This document shows positions 28,756 to 39,932 of a stretch of DNA of 64,000 nt, in pieces. This DNA is from Nitrospirales bacterium. GTDB lineage: Bacteria > Nitrospirota > Nitrospiria > Nitrospirales > UBA8639. A program made the translations under genes and the position numbers. The DNA lies in the NCBI GenBank assembly GCA_965223295.1, contig CBDCWC010000003.1, forward strand, positions 96,001-160,000. Reading direction: 5' to 3'. A model generated the notes under the pieces. That model had not been told where the DNA came from. It did no database searches and saw nothing but the letters and a program-made list of their open reading frames with translations. Each line of letters opens with the position of its first letter. Positions within the stretch are counted from its first letter, which is position 1.

Positions 28756-30432
28756 TCACTTGCGTTGAATAACTTCAGGAGTCTGTTCCAGGAAAAAGAC
28801 ACATTTTTCGACATATACCTTGACCTGTGGGTCCGTAGTCACAATGACCAAGGTCCAAGGACAATCTTTCGAGCTAAGATGAAACAAGAGGGGTTCCCTG
28901 ATATGACTTGGAACTTCATGCATCCCGCCATCTAAAATTAAGAGTGGAGGACGAGTAATAATGGCTCTTGCCAACAGTATTCGTAATCGTTGGCTGGGGG
29001 TAAAATCCCTTCCCCGTTCCGTGACCATCGTCTCTAACCCATCGGGCATGGCTTCAAGCTCCTGATCCAATTGGGTCAGTTTTAAGGCCCACATCACATC
29101 CTGTGACTCAAGGCCCGGTCGACCGACAATAATATTGTCAGCCACGGATCGTTCAAACAAGGTTAAATCTCGACCAAACACAATACCTCGTTGTGCATTA
29201 AGTTGATCTCTGGATAAAGTTTTCAGATCAAGACCGTTGTAGCGAACAACCCCAGTAGGAGGCCGATGAAATCCAGCTAACACTAAAGACACCCGATGAC
29301 GTACAGATTCCGTTGAACACACAAGCGCCACTTTCTCTCCCGGCAATGCTTCAAAATTTGCTGTGGGCTCATGCAATGTCGACTCACTGGCCCAATTCAT
29401 ATGACTACATGTCAGATGTAGTCCAGTGGAGTCGGAGGGAGGAATAGAAAAGTCTGTCTCTTGGGGAATGGCGTCTTTAGGAAGAGAAAACAGATGATCG
29501 AGTTCCGTTAAGGCTGTAAAAAAATAATACATCACATACGTTCGCTTCACGACTGAATCAAGCTTCAAAAGCAAACTTGCGACAATGACTTCAGCGGCAA
29601 CTAGTTGCCCCAAAGTCAACTCCCCTTGACTCAGCAACCATCCAGCCGTCCCCAACAAACCGGTGTGCAAAACCACTTGAATTAAAAGAGAGCCAATATA
29701 TTGGCGAAGTAACACCCGGAACCGGGATTGACGCGCATGGACATAGTGGGTGGCTAATGTATCAGCATTGTCAACAATAAATTCCGAACTGCTGGTAGCT
29801 TTAAATTGCAAAAGGTTATCGGCCACTTCTTGAAGCCAATGAAACACCTCGTATTTCGCCTCAGACATATGGAGTGTTGTTCGAAGCCCACCCTTACCTA
29901 AGATGGCAATAAGCAGCATTGACCCGACAAGAACCAGATCAAAGATGACGAAATAGGGATGATAGAGCGCCAAAAGGGTCATGCCTATCAGTCCGCCGAT
30001 CACCACATTCGTAAAGTCTACGACGAGACTCGACAAGGCTCGCTGCAGAAAGACCGTTTCAAAAAATCGACTGATTGAATCAGACGGAAACGTGGCCTCG
30101 TTAAAACGAGGTAAGACTCGCGCAACAGCAAGAGTGACGCGAACAAAGATTCGCCGTTCGAGAATATCCGTCGCATAAAATTGTAAGACTCGAAAGATCC
30201 CGACGATCAATAGAATCCCTGCCATAATACCCACAATGGTGACGACCATCAGTGGAGAGACGGAGAAAGCAAACGTGTTGACCAGTTCCTGAACAGTCAG
30301 GGGAATGATAAGGGAGAACAAGGCTACCGCGACAGCATATGTAAGAATAGTTAAAAGAAGAGAGCGCTCTTGCTTTAGGAAGAGGCCCAATCGGTCAAGT
30401 GTTTCCCTCAAAAGTGGAAGACGTTGGCTCAT
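28756..30432 (-). CDS. Type I secretion-like ABC transporter (TMD + degenerate NBD)
   Basis: ABC TMD with G.LTLGQLVAAE. NBD has non-canonical Walker A, signature and Walker B motifs. Confidence 0.85.
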   Translation of the reverse strand: MSQRLPLLRETLDRLGLFLKQERSLLLTILTYAVAVALFSLIIPLTVQELVNTFAFSVSPLMVVTIVGIMAGILLIVGIFRVLQFYATDILERRIFVRVTLAVARVLPRFNEATFPSDSISRFFETVFLQRALSSLVVDFTNVVIGGLIGMTLLALYHPYFVIFDLVLVGSMLLIAILGKGGLRTTLHMSEAKYEVFHWLQEVADNLLQFKATSSSEFIVDNADTLATHYVHARQSRFRVLLRQYIGSLLIQVVLHTGLLGTAGWLLSQGELTLGQLVAAEVIVASLLLKLDSVVKRTYVMYYFFTALTELDHLFSLPKDAIPQETDFSIPPSDSTGLHLTCSHMNWASESTLHEPTANFEALPGEKVALVCSTESVRHRVSLVLAGFHRPPTGVVRYNGLDLKTLSRDQLNAQRGIVFGRDLTLFERSVADNIIVGRPGLESQDVMWALKLTQLDQELEAMPDGLETMVTERGRDFTPSQRLRILLARAIITRPPLLILDGGMHEVPSHIREPLLFHLSSKDCPWTLVIVTTDPQVKVYVEKCVFFLEQTPEVIQRK

Positions 30433-31910
30433 GACTCTCCTGAGGCTTGTTCGCTTTCTCGTGACAATCCTTTAAAGGCAGATCCATTCACCCATGCACC
30501 GATGGCCCATTGATACAGTGCGAGAGCTTTCTGGTAGTCCGCAAGAGCCGTCAACCATCCCTCCGCAGCCTGAAGGACATTCCGTTCACGAAGATTGACA
30601 AACAGTAAACTCGTTGCACCCATTTTAAACCGAGTCCGTTCGCCTTTTTCCAATGCTTTTGCTAATTGAAAGGCTTCCTCGGAGACCTGAATTCGTTCCT
30701 GAGCTCGGGTAATGGCTGATTCAGCATTGGCCACATCCATGGTGACCTGTTGAAGGCGATAGTCTTGCAGAAGCTTCAGGCGTTGAGCTTTCCCCTCCAT
30801 CTGCAGTCGATCTCCACGCGCCTCACGCTGCAAAAAAGGAATGCTAAATAGAACACCAAACCGATAGCCAAGACCCAACACAAATTCCCCTGGTTTCCTC
30901 GTTGGCTGTGCTTCCGCGGTCAAGTTGGGAAGGAAATTGTTTTCAGCAACCTCCAAATCGATATGATTAAATTCCGCCTCCAACTTCACGAGTTGCACTT
31001 CTGGACGGATAGACAAGGCACGCTCCTTTTCTTGTTCGCCAGAACGCAACATATCGTCCAGATCGACAGAGGGAAAGGGCGGTGCGACGACTTGCTCAGG
31101 GACGATCAAATCAGTCCCTTCCCATAAAAATAAAGCAAGCTTATATTGCTCTTGCTCAACCAGTCGTTCAGCTTTAATCACGCCATCGCGGCGTCGCTGG
31201 ACCTCTTGATTTGCCTCAACGACGTCAAATTGCGCTCGCGCTCCCTCTTTGGCCTGCTTCGTCAATTGGCCAACGCGTGCCTCGGCAACGGAAACAGCTT
31301 TTTTTTGAATATCCATAAATTTCCACGCTGCTACCCAATTCCAATATTGAGTTGCCGCTCCCAGATACAGATCTTGGCGCGTCTGTTGGATCTCCAATTC
31401 GGCTTGCCTATCAGCTAATGAAGACTTTTGTAATTCAGCATGATCAGGGTTCGTGATAAATCCTCGAAGGAGTGGCAGAGCAATACCGAGCAATGGCTGA
31501 TTGGTCGTGTTAATCGCAAGATCAGCCACTTCAACATCTCCGATTCCAGCCCGATATCCTGCAAACCCTTTGACACCCCAAGGATGACGCATCTCCACAA
31601 AGGTGTCATTGAACCCCACGCTGGTCGTTTTGCCATCTTTCACCAGACGTTCCAACTCCCAATCATTGACCAGCTTTGGTTCGAACTTGCCCAGGGCTGA
31701 TAGCAATTTCCCGCGTGCCACTACCTTTTGGGTTTGACTGCCTTGAAGAAGAGGGTGACCTTGTTCTACCCGCTTCAACACGGCCTGAAGTGTCAACACA
31801 GAAGTTTGAGGGGTTGAGGTAGATGGGCTGACAACGTCATCGGCCCATAAAGGAGTCACGATTAAAGCTGCCAGACTCACAACACATGCTATCGTGGAAA
31901 CTCTCTTCAT
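30429..31910 (-). CDS. TolC family outer-membrane protein
   Basis: Signal peptide, OEP repeats, GE..RF..G..SLL.VNLRE. SD GGAGG before ATG 31910. Confidence 0.9.
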   Translation of the reverse strand: MKRVSTIACVVSLAALIVTPLWADDVVSPSTSTPQTSVLTLQAVLKRVEQGHPLLQGSQTQKVVARGKLLSALGKFEPKLVNDWELERLVKDGKTTSVGFNDTFVEMRHPWGVKGFAGYRAGIGDVEVADLAINTTNQPLLGIALPLLRGFITNPDHAELQKSSLADRQAELEIQQTRQDLYLGAATQYWNWVAAWKFMDIQKKAVSVAEARVGQLTKQAKEGARAQFDVVEANQEVQRRRDGVIKAERLVEQEQYKLALFLWEGTDLIVPEQVVAPPFPSVDLDDMLRSGEQEKERALSIRPEVQLVKLEAEFNHIDLEVAENNFLPNLTAEAQPTRKPGEFVLGLGYRFGVLFSIPFLQREARGDRLQMEGKAQRLKLLQDYRLQQVTMDVANAESAITRAQERIQVSEEAFQLAKALEKGERTRFKMGATSLLFVNLRERNVLQAAEGWLTALADYQKALALYQWAIGAWVNGSAFKGLSRESEQASGES

Positions 31911-31965
31911 ATTTACCTCCTCAGATATTCTGATAAACCAAATGAACGGCTTGATATCTCGCTCG

Positions 31966-33396
31966 CTATTTCCCCGGCCTTCCCGCCTTGGGCAATAACA
32001 CATCCGTCAAATGTTTTTCGCCAGACTCATAGTCTGCAGGAAATAGGTTGAAGCGTCGCCACATTTCATACCATAACGGTACACGATTTAAGATGACCCA
32101 CCCCATCACTTGAGTCCCTTGTCGTACATGTTCTTGAGGAGGCCAACTTCGTTTTTCAGAGTCAGGCACGACCCAGAACCGAAATTTCCCATTCGCCGAG
32201 GCTGATTGATCCACTACTTGGATCCGGCCATCATATGTTCCAGCCATCAATTCAGGCCAAGCGGGAAGTGGAATGGCGGGGACACCGTGAAACAGTATCC
32301 GAACCGAACGCCCTGGGCTTAAGAGAGGAGCATCAATTGAATTTGCCCACATTTCTATGGCCGGGGTCGCCTCGCCAGGAACAATCGTGAACAACAGATC
32401 TCCAGGATGAACGATTTCCCCAGGCCCAATCCGCGTCAGACGAACAACGGTCCCATCAACAGGCGCAATAACCCGACTGGCCACTCGCCGCTGAAGAGCA
32501 TTCGAGCGAGTCAACTCTAAATCCGCAATCTCTTTTGAAGCTTTAGCAGCCTCACCAAGGGCCGACGCTCGTTGAGACCGTGTCTCTAAGAGACGCTGAA
32601 CCAATTCCGCATCAATCTGTTCACGATTATGAGCTAACGCACGTCGAGCTTGTTCCGCTTCACGGAGAGAGGCCTCAGCGGCTTTGACGTCGGCAGCAGC
32701 AGCTGTTGCCGACTGAATGGCCAGTTCTAACTCTCGGCGAGAAAGTAACCCTTCGACTTCTAACAGACGTGATCGATCAAGATTTAATTTCGCCGTCTCT
32801 TCTGCAACTTTGGCAGCAGCCACCCGTTGTTCGGCACTTTGAACTTTATGCTCAGCTTCAGCAACTCGAGCCTCTGCCGATGTCGTGGCAGCCTGCGTCA
32901 ACGTCGACATTTCTTTCAAACGTTCCGCTAAAATATCAGCTCGCTCCAGAGCAGCTTGCCTTCGCTGTTCGAGCGCGTCACGAGATTGATCCAACCGTTC
33001 CAAGAGATCCTGCGCCAAAAATTGGGGGTTAACATCCTCTAGTTCGAGAATCAAATCTCCTTTTTTTACAGACATTCCCTCATTCACATGCCAAGTTCGA
33101 ATACTCCCGTTAATTTGTGCGTGAATTTCTTGTGGCCTTTCTGTGGGAGAATATGCTGAAAGATTTCCTTGAACGGTCACCGTCTGGGTCCAGGGCACAA
33201 AACTCAGTATCACAACAAAAACGATGAACATGATAAGCGCTGAACGGGCCCATATACCTAAAGCTCGAGGAATTTTCACCAAATTTGCCGACTGCAATTT
33301 CCTATGATCAGACAGCGGCAATTCCCCCAAAGACTTGCTTCCTTCATCTGACTCAACCAACCTTGGTGCGTCATGTTCCAAAGTAGAAATATCCAT
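31966..33396 (-). CDS. HlyD family periplasmic adaptor
   Basis: TM + PWTQTV..G, lipoyl half-motifs (V.EG..VKKGD and APVDG.V), long coiled coil. Confidence 0.92.
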   Translation of the reverse strand: MDISTLEHDAPRLVESDEGSKSLGELPLSDHRKLQSANLVKIPRALGIWARSALIMFIVFVVILSFVPWTQTVTVQGNLSAYSPTERPQEIHAQINGSIRTWHVNEGMSVKKGDLILELEDVNPQFLAQDLLERLDQSRDALEQRRQAALERADILAERLKEMSTLTQAATTSAEARVAEAEHKVQSAEQRVAAAKVAEETAKLNLDRSRLLEVEGLLSRRELELAIQSATAAAADVKAAEASLREAEQARRALAHNREQIDAELVQRLLETRSQRASALGEAAKASKEIADLELTRSNALQRRVASRVIAPVDGTVVRLTRIGPGEIVHPGDLLFTIVPGEATPAIEMWANSIDAPLLSPGRSVRILFHGVPAIPLPAWPELMAGTYDGRIQVVDQSASANGKFRFWVVPDSEKRSWPPQEHVRQGTQVMGWVILNRVPLWYEMWRRFNLFPADYESGEKHLTDVLLPKAGRPGK

Positions 33397-33537
33397 ATCT
33401 TGTTAAACCTTTTCTTGATATTCAAAAATTCTAAGAATTTTTGGCACATTCATTTCTGTCTTACATGACCATCTCACTTAAAAAATGGCGCACAGATACG
33501 GCAACTTCATTAGTAGTTAATATAACAACTTTTTCAA

Positions 33538-33583
33538 ATAAGACAAATATATAATGCTTACTTGTTTCATTTAATATTTTTAT
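33538..33583 (-). promoter_or_regulatory. LysR-type operator/promoter, site 1
   Basis: ATAAGACAAATATAT overlapping -35 TTGTCT, plus an AT-N11-AT box 31 bp away. Repeated at 39933 and 52416. Confidence 0.7.
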
Positions 33584-33598
33584 GTATATTTTGGAATT

Positions 33599-34498
33599 AT
33601 GAACTGGCTGAACTACCACCATTTACTCTACTTCTGGGTCATTGCTCGCGAAGGTTCAATCAAGAAGGCATGTGAAGTCCTCACCCTATCACAGCCTGCG
33701 CTGAGCGCTCAGCTCCATACCCTAGAAAATACCATTGGTGAGAAGTTATTCACTCGTCTAGGACGAAGACTAGTCCTTACTGAAGTAGGACAGGTCACGT
33801 TTCGCTATGCTGATGAAATCTTTTCCCTGGGCCAGGAATTGACCAACACGTTACAGGGCCGCGAATCATCCCATCCTATCCGTCTCGTTGTGGGGATAGC
33901 TGAAGTGGTCCCGAAAATGGTCGCCTACAAGCTTCTGAAAGTCGCATTCAAGAAATTTGAGCACATTAAGGTCGTATGTTGGGAAGGACGCTTAGAACGG
34001 CTACTTGGAGAACTGGCTCTACATTCGTTGGACATTGTGTTGACTGATGCACCAGTGCCACCTACGGTCAGTATCAAAGCTCATAGTCATTTGCTGGGTG
34101 AAACCCACGTCACGATCTTTGGGACGGAACGTTTAGCTCTTCAATATCGACGAAATTTTCCTCAGTCACTCGATGGCGCACGCTTTCTTTTACCAACAAA
34201 TAACTCTGTTCTCAGACGTGGGATGGAGGAATGGTTTCGCAAGGAACACATTACTCCTCTCATTGTCGGAGAGTTCGAAGATGGAGCAACTATGAAAGCA
34301 TTCGGACAAGAAGGTCATGGACTCTTTCCTGGCTCATCCGTTGTCGCTAAGGAAATTACTCGCCAGTATCAAGTGCGTTCTGTCGGCCATATTCCCGATC
34401 TGACTGAGCGCTTTTACGGCATTACGGTAGAACGTCGCATTCATCATCCAGCGGTATTGGCCATTTCGAAATCTGCGAAAGAATCAGTCTTTATATAG
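33599..34498 (+). CDS. nhaR: NhaR-like LysR transcriptional regulator
   Basis: LNYHHLLYFW..AREGS...A...L...QP, GEFED.A.MKAFG, FY.ITVERR..HPAV.AI. Confidence 0.9.
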   Translation: MNWLNYHHLLYFWVIAREGSIKKACEVLTLSQPALSAQLHTLENTIGEKLFTRLGRRLVLTEVGQVTFRYADEIFSLGQELTNTLQGRESSHPIRLVVGIAEVVPKMVAYKLLKVAFKKFEHIKVVCWEGRLERLLGELALHSLDIVLTDAPVPPTVSIKAHSHLLGETHVTIFGTERLALQYRRNFPQSLDGARFLLPTNNSVLRRGMEEWFRKEHITPLIVGEFEDGATMKAFGQEGHGLFPGSSVVAKEITRQYQVRSVGHIPDLTERFYGITVERRIHHPAVLAISKSAKESVFI

Positions 34499-34595
34499 CA
34501 CATATGTGTTCTACTAGAGAGCGCCAACAGTGGTTACTGACCCCAATGTTGGCCTGAGCCAGAAATATGCTCCGAAAAAAGAAGGGAGTAATTGT

Positions 34596-35555
34596 ATGAA
34601 CATCTTATTGGCAGTAGATGATTCCCCAGATTCCCAAGCCGCAGCACACTTTCTACAACGAATCCAGTTTCCCGCCAAGTCGACACTCTATCTTCTCCAT
34701 GTCAATCCACTCGATGAATGGCTCCGGCTGGGAACAGCAGGGCGTACCCGACGCATGGTTGAGCAAATCAGCCGTATTCGTTCAGCAGCAGACGCGACGA
34801 TGCGAAACATTCTCAATAAAATGGAGGATACGTTTCGGAGCTCCAATTTGACCGTCCACTCTATCGTGACAGATGGTTCGCCAGGAGCAGAAATTCTGAG
34901 AGCCATAACCAAACATCACATCGACCTCGTAGTCTTGGGAACACGGGGGCTCTCTAAAATTTCGGGAGTGCTGCTTGGAAGCGTAAGTGAGTGGGTCTTG
35001 AATGAAGCACCCTGCTCTGTATTGATCGTTCGGGGAAAGACTCGGCCTAAAAAATCCACAAAAGGTTTGAATATTTTGATTGGCACTGATGGTTCGCTTG
35101 CTGCTCAGGAGGGTATCAAGTTTTTAAACAAGATCGTCATGCCCTCTTCTACAGTGCTTACCATTCTACATGTTGTGAGGAAGAAAGTTCATCAAACAGC
35201 ACAACTACTCACGACAAACCACGCTCAACATACTGAATTTAAAAAATTAGCTGAAGACCTCTTGAAAGCCCGAGGCCGAGAAGGAGTGCAACTGTTAGAA
35301 GCGACAAAAAAGGCCTTAAATCGTCATGAGCTTAAGACTGTTGAGAATCTTGCTTTTGGTCATGAAGCCGAAGAAATTCTCAAAGCTGTCAAACGGACCC
35401 GTGCTGATCTTGTCGTAGTGGGGTCTAGAGGTTTAACAGGGTTGCGACGCCTCCTTTTGGGAAGTGTGGCTCACAAATTGGCTCACCACGCACAATGCTC
35501 TGTTTTGGTGGTAAAACAAATAACCCCGAAAGGCAAAACCGGGACAAAAAGATAA
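34596..35555 (+). CDS. Tandem-domain universal stress protein
   Basis: ILLAVD.S and two copies of DLVV.G.RG...LLGSV...A.CSVL.V. Confidence 0.93.
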   Translation: MNILLAVDDSPDSQAAAHFLQRIQFPAKSTLYLLHVNPLDEWLRLGTAGRTRRMVEQISRIRSAADATMRNILNKMEDTFRSSNLTVHSIVTDGSPGAEILRAITKHHIDLVVLGTRGLSKISGVLLGSVSEWVLNEAPCSVLIVRGKTRPKKSTKGLNILIGTDGSLAAQEGIKFLNKIVMPSSTVLTILHVVRKKVHQTAQLLTTNHAQHTEFKKLAEDLLKARGREGVQLLEATKKALNRHELKTVENLAFGHEAEEILKAVKRTRADLVVVGSRGLTGLRRLLLGSVAHKLAHHAQCSVLVVKQITPKGKTGTKR

Positions 35556-35782
35556 GCCTCATTTTCACATGAAGCATTTTCAAGGCCATTATGATGCTAG
35601 GCAGTTAGGTCTCTAAGAAGACCTATACCTGAGCTTCCTTTGTCAATTGCTAAATACTTCCAGTGTGTTACCCCATTCATTAAACAACTCACACCAAACG
35701 TCTGAATCTAGCCTAAGATAAACGAAAATTCCGTTGGTGAGAAATTATTCACTTGCCGAGGAGGACGAAGACTCGTCTGAAG

Positions 35783-36007
35783 GGGTCTGTTGAAAAAATC
35801 CGCCAGCGGCGTTTTCGCCCTTTTTCCGTGCTCACGTCATACCAGTATGCTCCGCGCGCAAACATGGCTGCGGCTTTGCTGGGCCTGGCTTCGCCGAAGC
35901 GGCTTCGCGCAGGCGAGCGGATTTTTTTGAACAGACCCGAGGCCTCCAACATGTGACGTCGCAGAGACGAAATGTGGCCATTGATATCATCATTATTCAC
36001 CAGCCCC
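35783..36007. mobile_element. MITE family A, copy 3
   Basis: GGGTCTGTTGAA...TTCACCAGCCCC. TSD TGAAG. Confidence 0.85.
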
Positions 36008-36021
36008 TGAAGTAGGACAGG

Positions 36022-36576
36022 TCAAGGCCTGGGCAACGCTTGTTTCAACGCATAAAGCCCAAAGGGCTTAATCAAGAAGCCCTGTGCCCCCTCGTTCAGC
36101 AGGCGTCGAAGAGCTTGGGACTCCATTCCCCCAGACATAACCAATACCGGCATGGTATGCCCCGCCCACCGCAGCTCATTGAGCATGGTGCGCCCATCCA
36201 TCACCGGCATACGTAGGTCCAGTAGAATGGCAGCTATGGAATAGGTGTCCAGGAGCACCAAACCCTCTTGTCCATTCCGAGCCACACACACCTCATAGCC
36301 CCATGACCTAAGAGCCGCTTGCAGCATGGCGGCAAGAGACTGATTATCCTCAACCACCATAATAACAGGAAGAGAGGAGCCGAAACTTCTGGGAAGCCGA
36401 GTCGATTGGAGATCGTCATGGAGTGTATCGATCCTCCGATTTTCTTTACCCTGTAGACCGAATGGCACAAGATGGCTTTTCTGAACCAAGTTGCCCGTTC
36501 GATGGACCGAAGCTGCTGGTTGGCTTTCTACTTGTAATCTTGGTTTCGGTAACAAGAGGGGGTTTTTAACTTCCAT
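36022..36576 (-). CDS. Receiver-domain response regulator with N-terminal extension
   Basis: VVEDN, LLDLRMPVMDG, MSG, KPF motifs. SD AAGGAGG before ATG 36576. Confidence 0.88.
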   Translation of the reverse strand: MEVKNPLLLPKPRLQVESQPAASVHRTGNLVQKSHLVPFGLQGKENRRIDTLHDDLQSTRLPRSFGSSLPVIMVVEDNQSLAAMLQAALRSWGYEVCVARNGQEGLVLLDTYSIAAILLDLRMPVMDGRTMLNELRWAGHTMPVLVMSGGMESQALRRLLNEGAQGFLIKPFGLYALKQALPRP

Positions 36577-36757
36577 AATGCTTGCCCTCCTTTCTGTCCC
36601 AACTTCTTGTGGCGTCACCCGGTGCCCTCTGCTGCGCCAAAGCACGTATGGTTTCAACAAAAAGATAATGCCTCTTAGAAAATGGTCAAGTCCTCTAGTC
36701 CATTAGATGACAGACACAGGTATGACCCTGGATGCCGTGGACGGTGGAAAACTAGAA

Positions 36758-36947
36758 GGGCCTGTTGAAAAAAGCCGCCAGCAACGTTCTCGCCATTTTT
36801 CCGTGCTCACGTATTGCCAGTACGCTCCGCGCGCAAAAATGACTGTGGCCTTGCTAGACGACATTTTTGAACAGCCCCAATGTTGTTGATGGCGAACTGC
36901 TTCCAGGCGAAATATGGCCCTTGATATCTTCATTATTCAACACTCCC
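36758..36947. mobile_element. MITE family A, copy 4
   Basis: GGGCCTGTTGAA...TTCAACACTCCC. TSD TAGAA. Confidence 0.85.
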
Positions 36948-37111
36948 TAGAAGGAATAACTCATTTTCCAAGGCACCTATTGGAAGAGCCGGGCATAAAT
37001 GTCAAAAAAAATTTTTTTAATTCTCTTCACTTTTTTTGAGAAGAATTTATCTCCCACACTAGGAAGGGCAGTTACCTAATCAATTTATCAAGCAGAAAGG
37101 AGGTCTCTCAC

Positions 37112-37528
37112 ATGACGTATGCAGCCTATGCACCAATGAATGCACAAATTGACCAATTGTTAAACGACGCAGTTCAGAAATTGTCGGGGTCGGTGTCGAC
37201 TTGGGTCCCGGCCTGTAACGCCTGGGAGGAATCCGATAAATTTTGTATCGAAATGGCCTTACCAGGATGGGCGTCTGATGAAGTCTCGCTACAAGTCGAA
37301 AAGGATACGTTGACTGTCACCGGAAAAAAAGAACGCTCTCCCGATGCTGAAAAGCCTCGACGAGTCTACACCTTACAAGAGGTTGAAACGGGCACCTTTG
37401 TGCGCTCCTTCCGGTTAGCCTCGAACATCGACCATGATCAAACCAAAGCCAGTTTCACCAATGGGATGTTGCTGATTCAATTTCCCAAGAGTGAAAGTGC
37501 GAAACCTCGCCAGATTGCCATCGAGTAA
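37112..37528 (+). CDS. Hsp20/alpha-crystallin small heat-shock protein
   Basis: W.PA.N..E, LPG, F.RSF.L, A...NG.L.I..PK, I.I tail. Confidence 0.93.
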   Translation: MTYAAYAPMNAQIDQLLNDAVQKLSGSVSTWVPACNAWEESDKFCIEMALPGWASDEVSLQVEKDTLTVTGKKERSPDAEKPRRVYTLQEVETGTFVRSFRLASNIDHDQTKASFTNGMLLIQFPKSESAKPRQIAIE

Positions 37529-37551
37529 GGGGGAGGATTTTACCGGTGTCG

Positions 37552-37586
37552 ACCCGGGGCGGTTTTTTTAGGAGCCGCCCCGGGGT
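37552..37586 (+). terminator. Terminator-like hairpin after hsp20
   Basis: CCCGGGGCGG...CCGCCCCGGG stem. Confidence 0.6.
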
Positions 37587-37844
37587 TCGTCCTTTCGCTC
37601 TTAGAATATCGTGTATTCTTGCTTAAAAGGAGTTAAAAGGCTCGGAGTTCATCATGTAGAGAAATCATCTCGTTTCTATAGATGAAAATGGCTCTCACAT
37701 TCAAAAAAAATCAAGGGAAAGATAACCTCTTGTAGAGTTTTCATTGAAGAACCCCTTCAGTAGGTCATCCAGCTTTTCGACTTGAAAGGACCAGGCAAGC
37801 AATCAGCCATGAAGATTCCTATGCGCGATATCTTTTCTTAATTT

Positions 37845-39253
37845 TCAATTATAGAGTTTGTTATAGGCATCGAGGGCCGCAACTTTATAACATTCTGCCA
37901 AAGTGGGATAGTTGAAAACCGTCTTTATAAAATAATCTAATCCTCCACCTAAACCCATCACGGCTTGACCCACATGAATGAGTTCAGTGGCTCCCGTGCC
38001 AATCGCATGCACTCCCAACAGTCGGTGATCATCCCGATGGAATAACATTTTAAACAAGCCGGTATGGTCACCCATGATAGCGCCACGGGCAATCTCCCGG
38101 TAACGAGCGATGCCGGTCTCATACGGCACCTTATTCTGAGTTAAGCGTTGCTCAGTTTTCCCAACCATGGAGAGTTCGGGAATCGAATAGATTCCAATGG
38201 GGAAATACTCGACCATAGGATGGGCGGGACAATCAAACGCATAACAGGCTGCTAATCGTCCCTGCTCAGAGGAGGTGGCCGCTAAACTTGGGTATCCAAT
38301 CACATCGCCAGCTGCATAAATGTACGGCACCGCTGTTTGGAAATGGTCATTGACCGCCAAACGTCCTCGTCCATCAGCCTCTAGACCAACTGCTTTCAAA
38401 TTCAGTGTTTCTGTGGCTCCTAACCGCCCAATGGAGTAGAGCACTAAGTCCGAGAGCAATCGCTTACCTGAGTCGAGCTGGACAACGGCGCGTGTTCGAG
38501 GGCCGGAAGAAATTTCAAGTTGTTCGACGCTTTCACTTAAGCGAAATGTTACATTCTTGTTACGCATCTGATGTATCAATTCATCTACAATTTCTAAATC
38601 AATAAACTCTAGAGGGCGGTCCCGGCTATCGACCACAATCACTTCCACACCTAACTCAGCAAACATGGAAGCATATTCCATCCCGATGACTCCTGCCCCC
38701 ACCACAGTCATTGACTTTGGTAATCGTTTAAGACTCAAGACTCCATCACTATTGATAATCATGGTCCCATCCGTCGGAACTCCTGGAGGGGGAGTGGGAA
38801 TGGTACCGACAGCTATAAGAAACTTGCAGAAGTAATCTGTTGACCTGCAAACTCATCTAGGATGCCAAGGGTGTGGGGACCGAGAAAGGACGCATCCCCT
38901 CGGATCATCTCCACGTCATTTCTCAAGAGCTGATCCTCCAACACCTCCCCCTCATGTCGAATGACTTCTATGACACGGGAAAGAAGAAGGTTGGCTGATG
39001 GACGACTAGTTGAAACTCGTTCTGATTGGGAACGGATACCTGAGCCACGGGAAAAGGCCAAAACCGCTTCTCGAAAGGTCTTACTAGGGATGGTGCCCGT
39101 GTCAAGACAAGTCCCCCCAATCACACGGTTTTTTTCGATGACCGCAACCTTTTTCCCAAGCTTGGCAGCTTGGATTGCGGCCCTCTGCCCAGCCGGGCCG
39201 CTACCGATACAGACGAGATCGAATTGATAGTTGCTCGTCGTAGGGATGATCAT
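37845..39253 (-). pseudogene. sthA: Soluble pyridine nucleotide transhydrogenase, frameshifted
   Basis: GSGPAG, GGTCLDTGTIPSKT, GAGVIG, FNYPTLAECYKVAA. One base missing near 38824 splits the gene into two ORFs. Confidence 0.85.
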
Positions 39254-39437
39254 CTTTCTTATTCTGGTTAATGCTTTATGGTGGTTCCCAGCAGCTATCG
39301 ATTCTAACCCCTCATCTGTCAGATCTTTTTCATTCCCATGAGCCCAAATGCTGGACAACGTGAGCTAACAAAACCAATAAAGAAAGGGTCGGTTATCATA
39401 TTTTATAGTTCCCACATTCGAAAATCCCCTCGCATCC

Positions 39438-39836
39438 CTAGCTCCGCTCCTCCATCAAGACGCCATGTCTTGTAGCAGAAGTCTGTATTTTCGCAAGCTC
39501 ATGAGTATGCCAGGTAATTCGCTGACGAAGTGTATTCACTTCTTTCTCCCATCTCCCCTTGAGAGTGTTCCATCCAGATCGCCTAAACCCTTTTGGATCC
39601 AGATAAGGCGTTTGTGTATATCTGTCAATAAGTGTTTCCAGCTTTTGAAGCTCGGGGCTCAACATAGCCAATTTGCCTTCATGTTCTTCAAGTGCGGCAA
39701 CATGGTAGCTCACTGGATCTACCTGTTTAGATTGGGGAAAGCCTTCACCAGAGCCATTGCCATGAGAAATGCACCCTGTCAACGTCAACCCAACTCCCAA
39801 AATCAATCTTGCGAAAAGAGTAGTTCTGGCATTCAT
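39438..39836 (-). CDS. Helical lipoprotein with PYLDPK motif
   Basis: Lipobox LTGC. PYLDPK..RR.G and WH motifs. Paralog of 51888-52328. Confidence 0.75.
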   Translation of the reverse strand: MNARTTLFARLILGVGLTLTGCISHGNGSGEGFPQSKQVDPVSYHVAALEEHEGKLAMLSPELQKLETLIDRYTQTPYLDPKGFRRSGWNTLKGRWEKEVNTLRQRITWHTHELAKIQTSATRHGVLMEERS

Positions 39837-39932
39837 GTTATTCTCCTTTCTTCAATGAGCCTGGGATCCCATAGACATCTTTTCATGTATTTCTATTAAC
39901 CTCTTCTGCCTTACTATAGAGACATTTTTATC

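Noticed and set aside
35783-36947. Composite MITE transposon carrying the response regulator
   Set aside because: Each MITE has its own distinct TSD (TGAAG and TAGAA), so they inserted independently.
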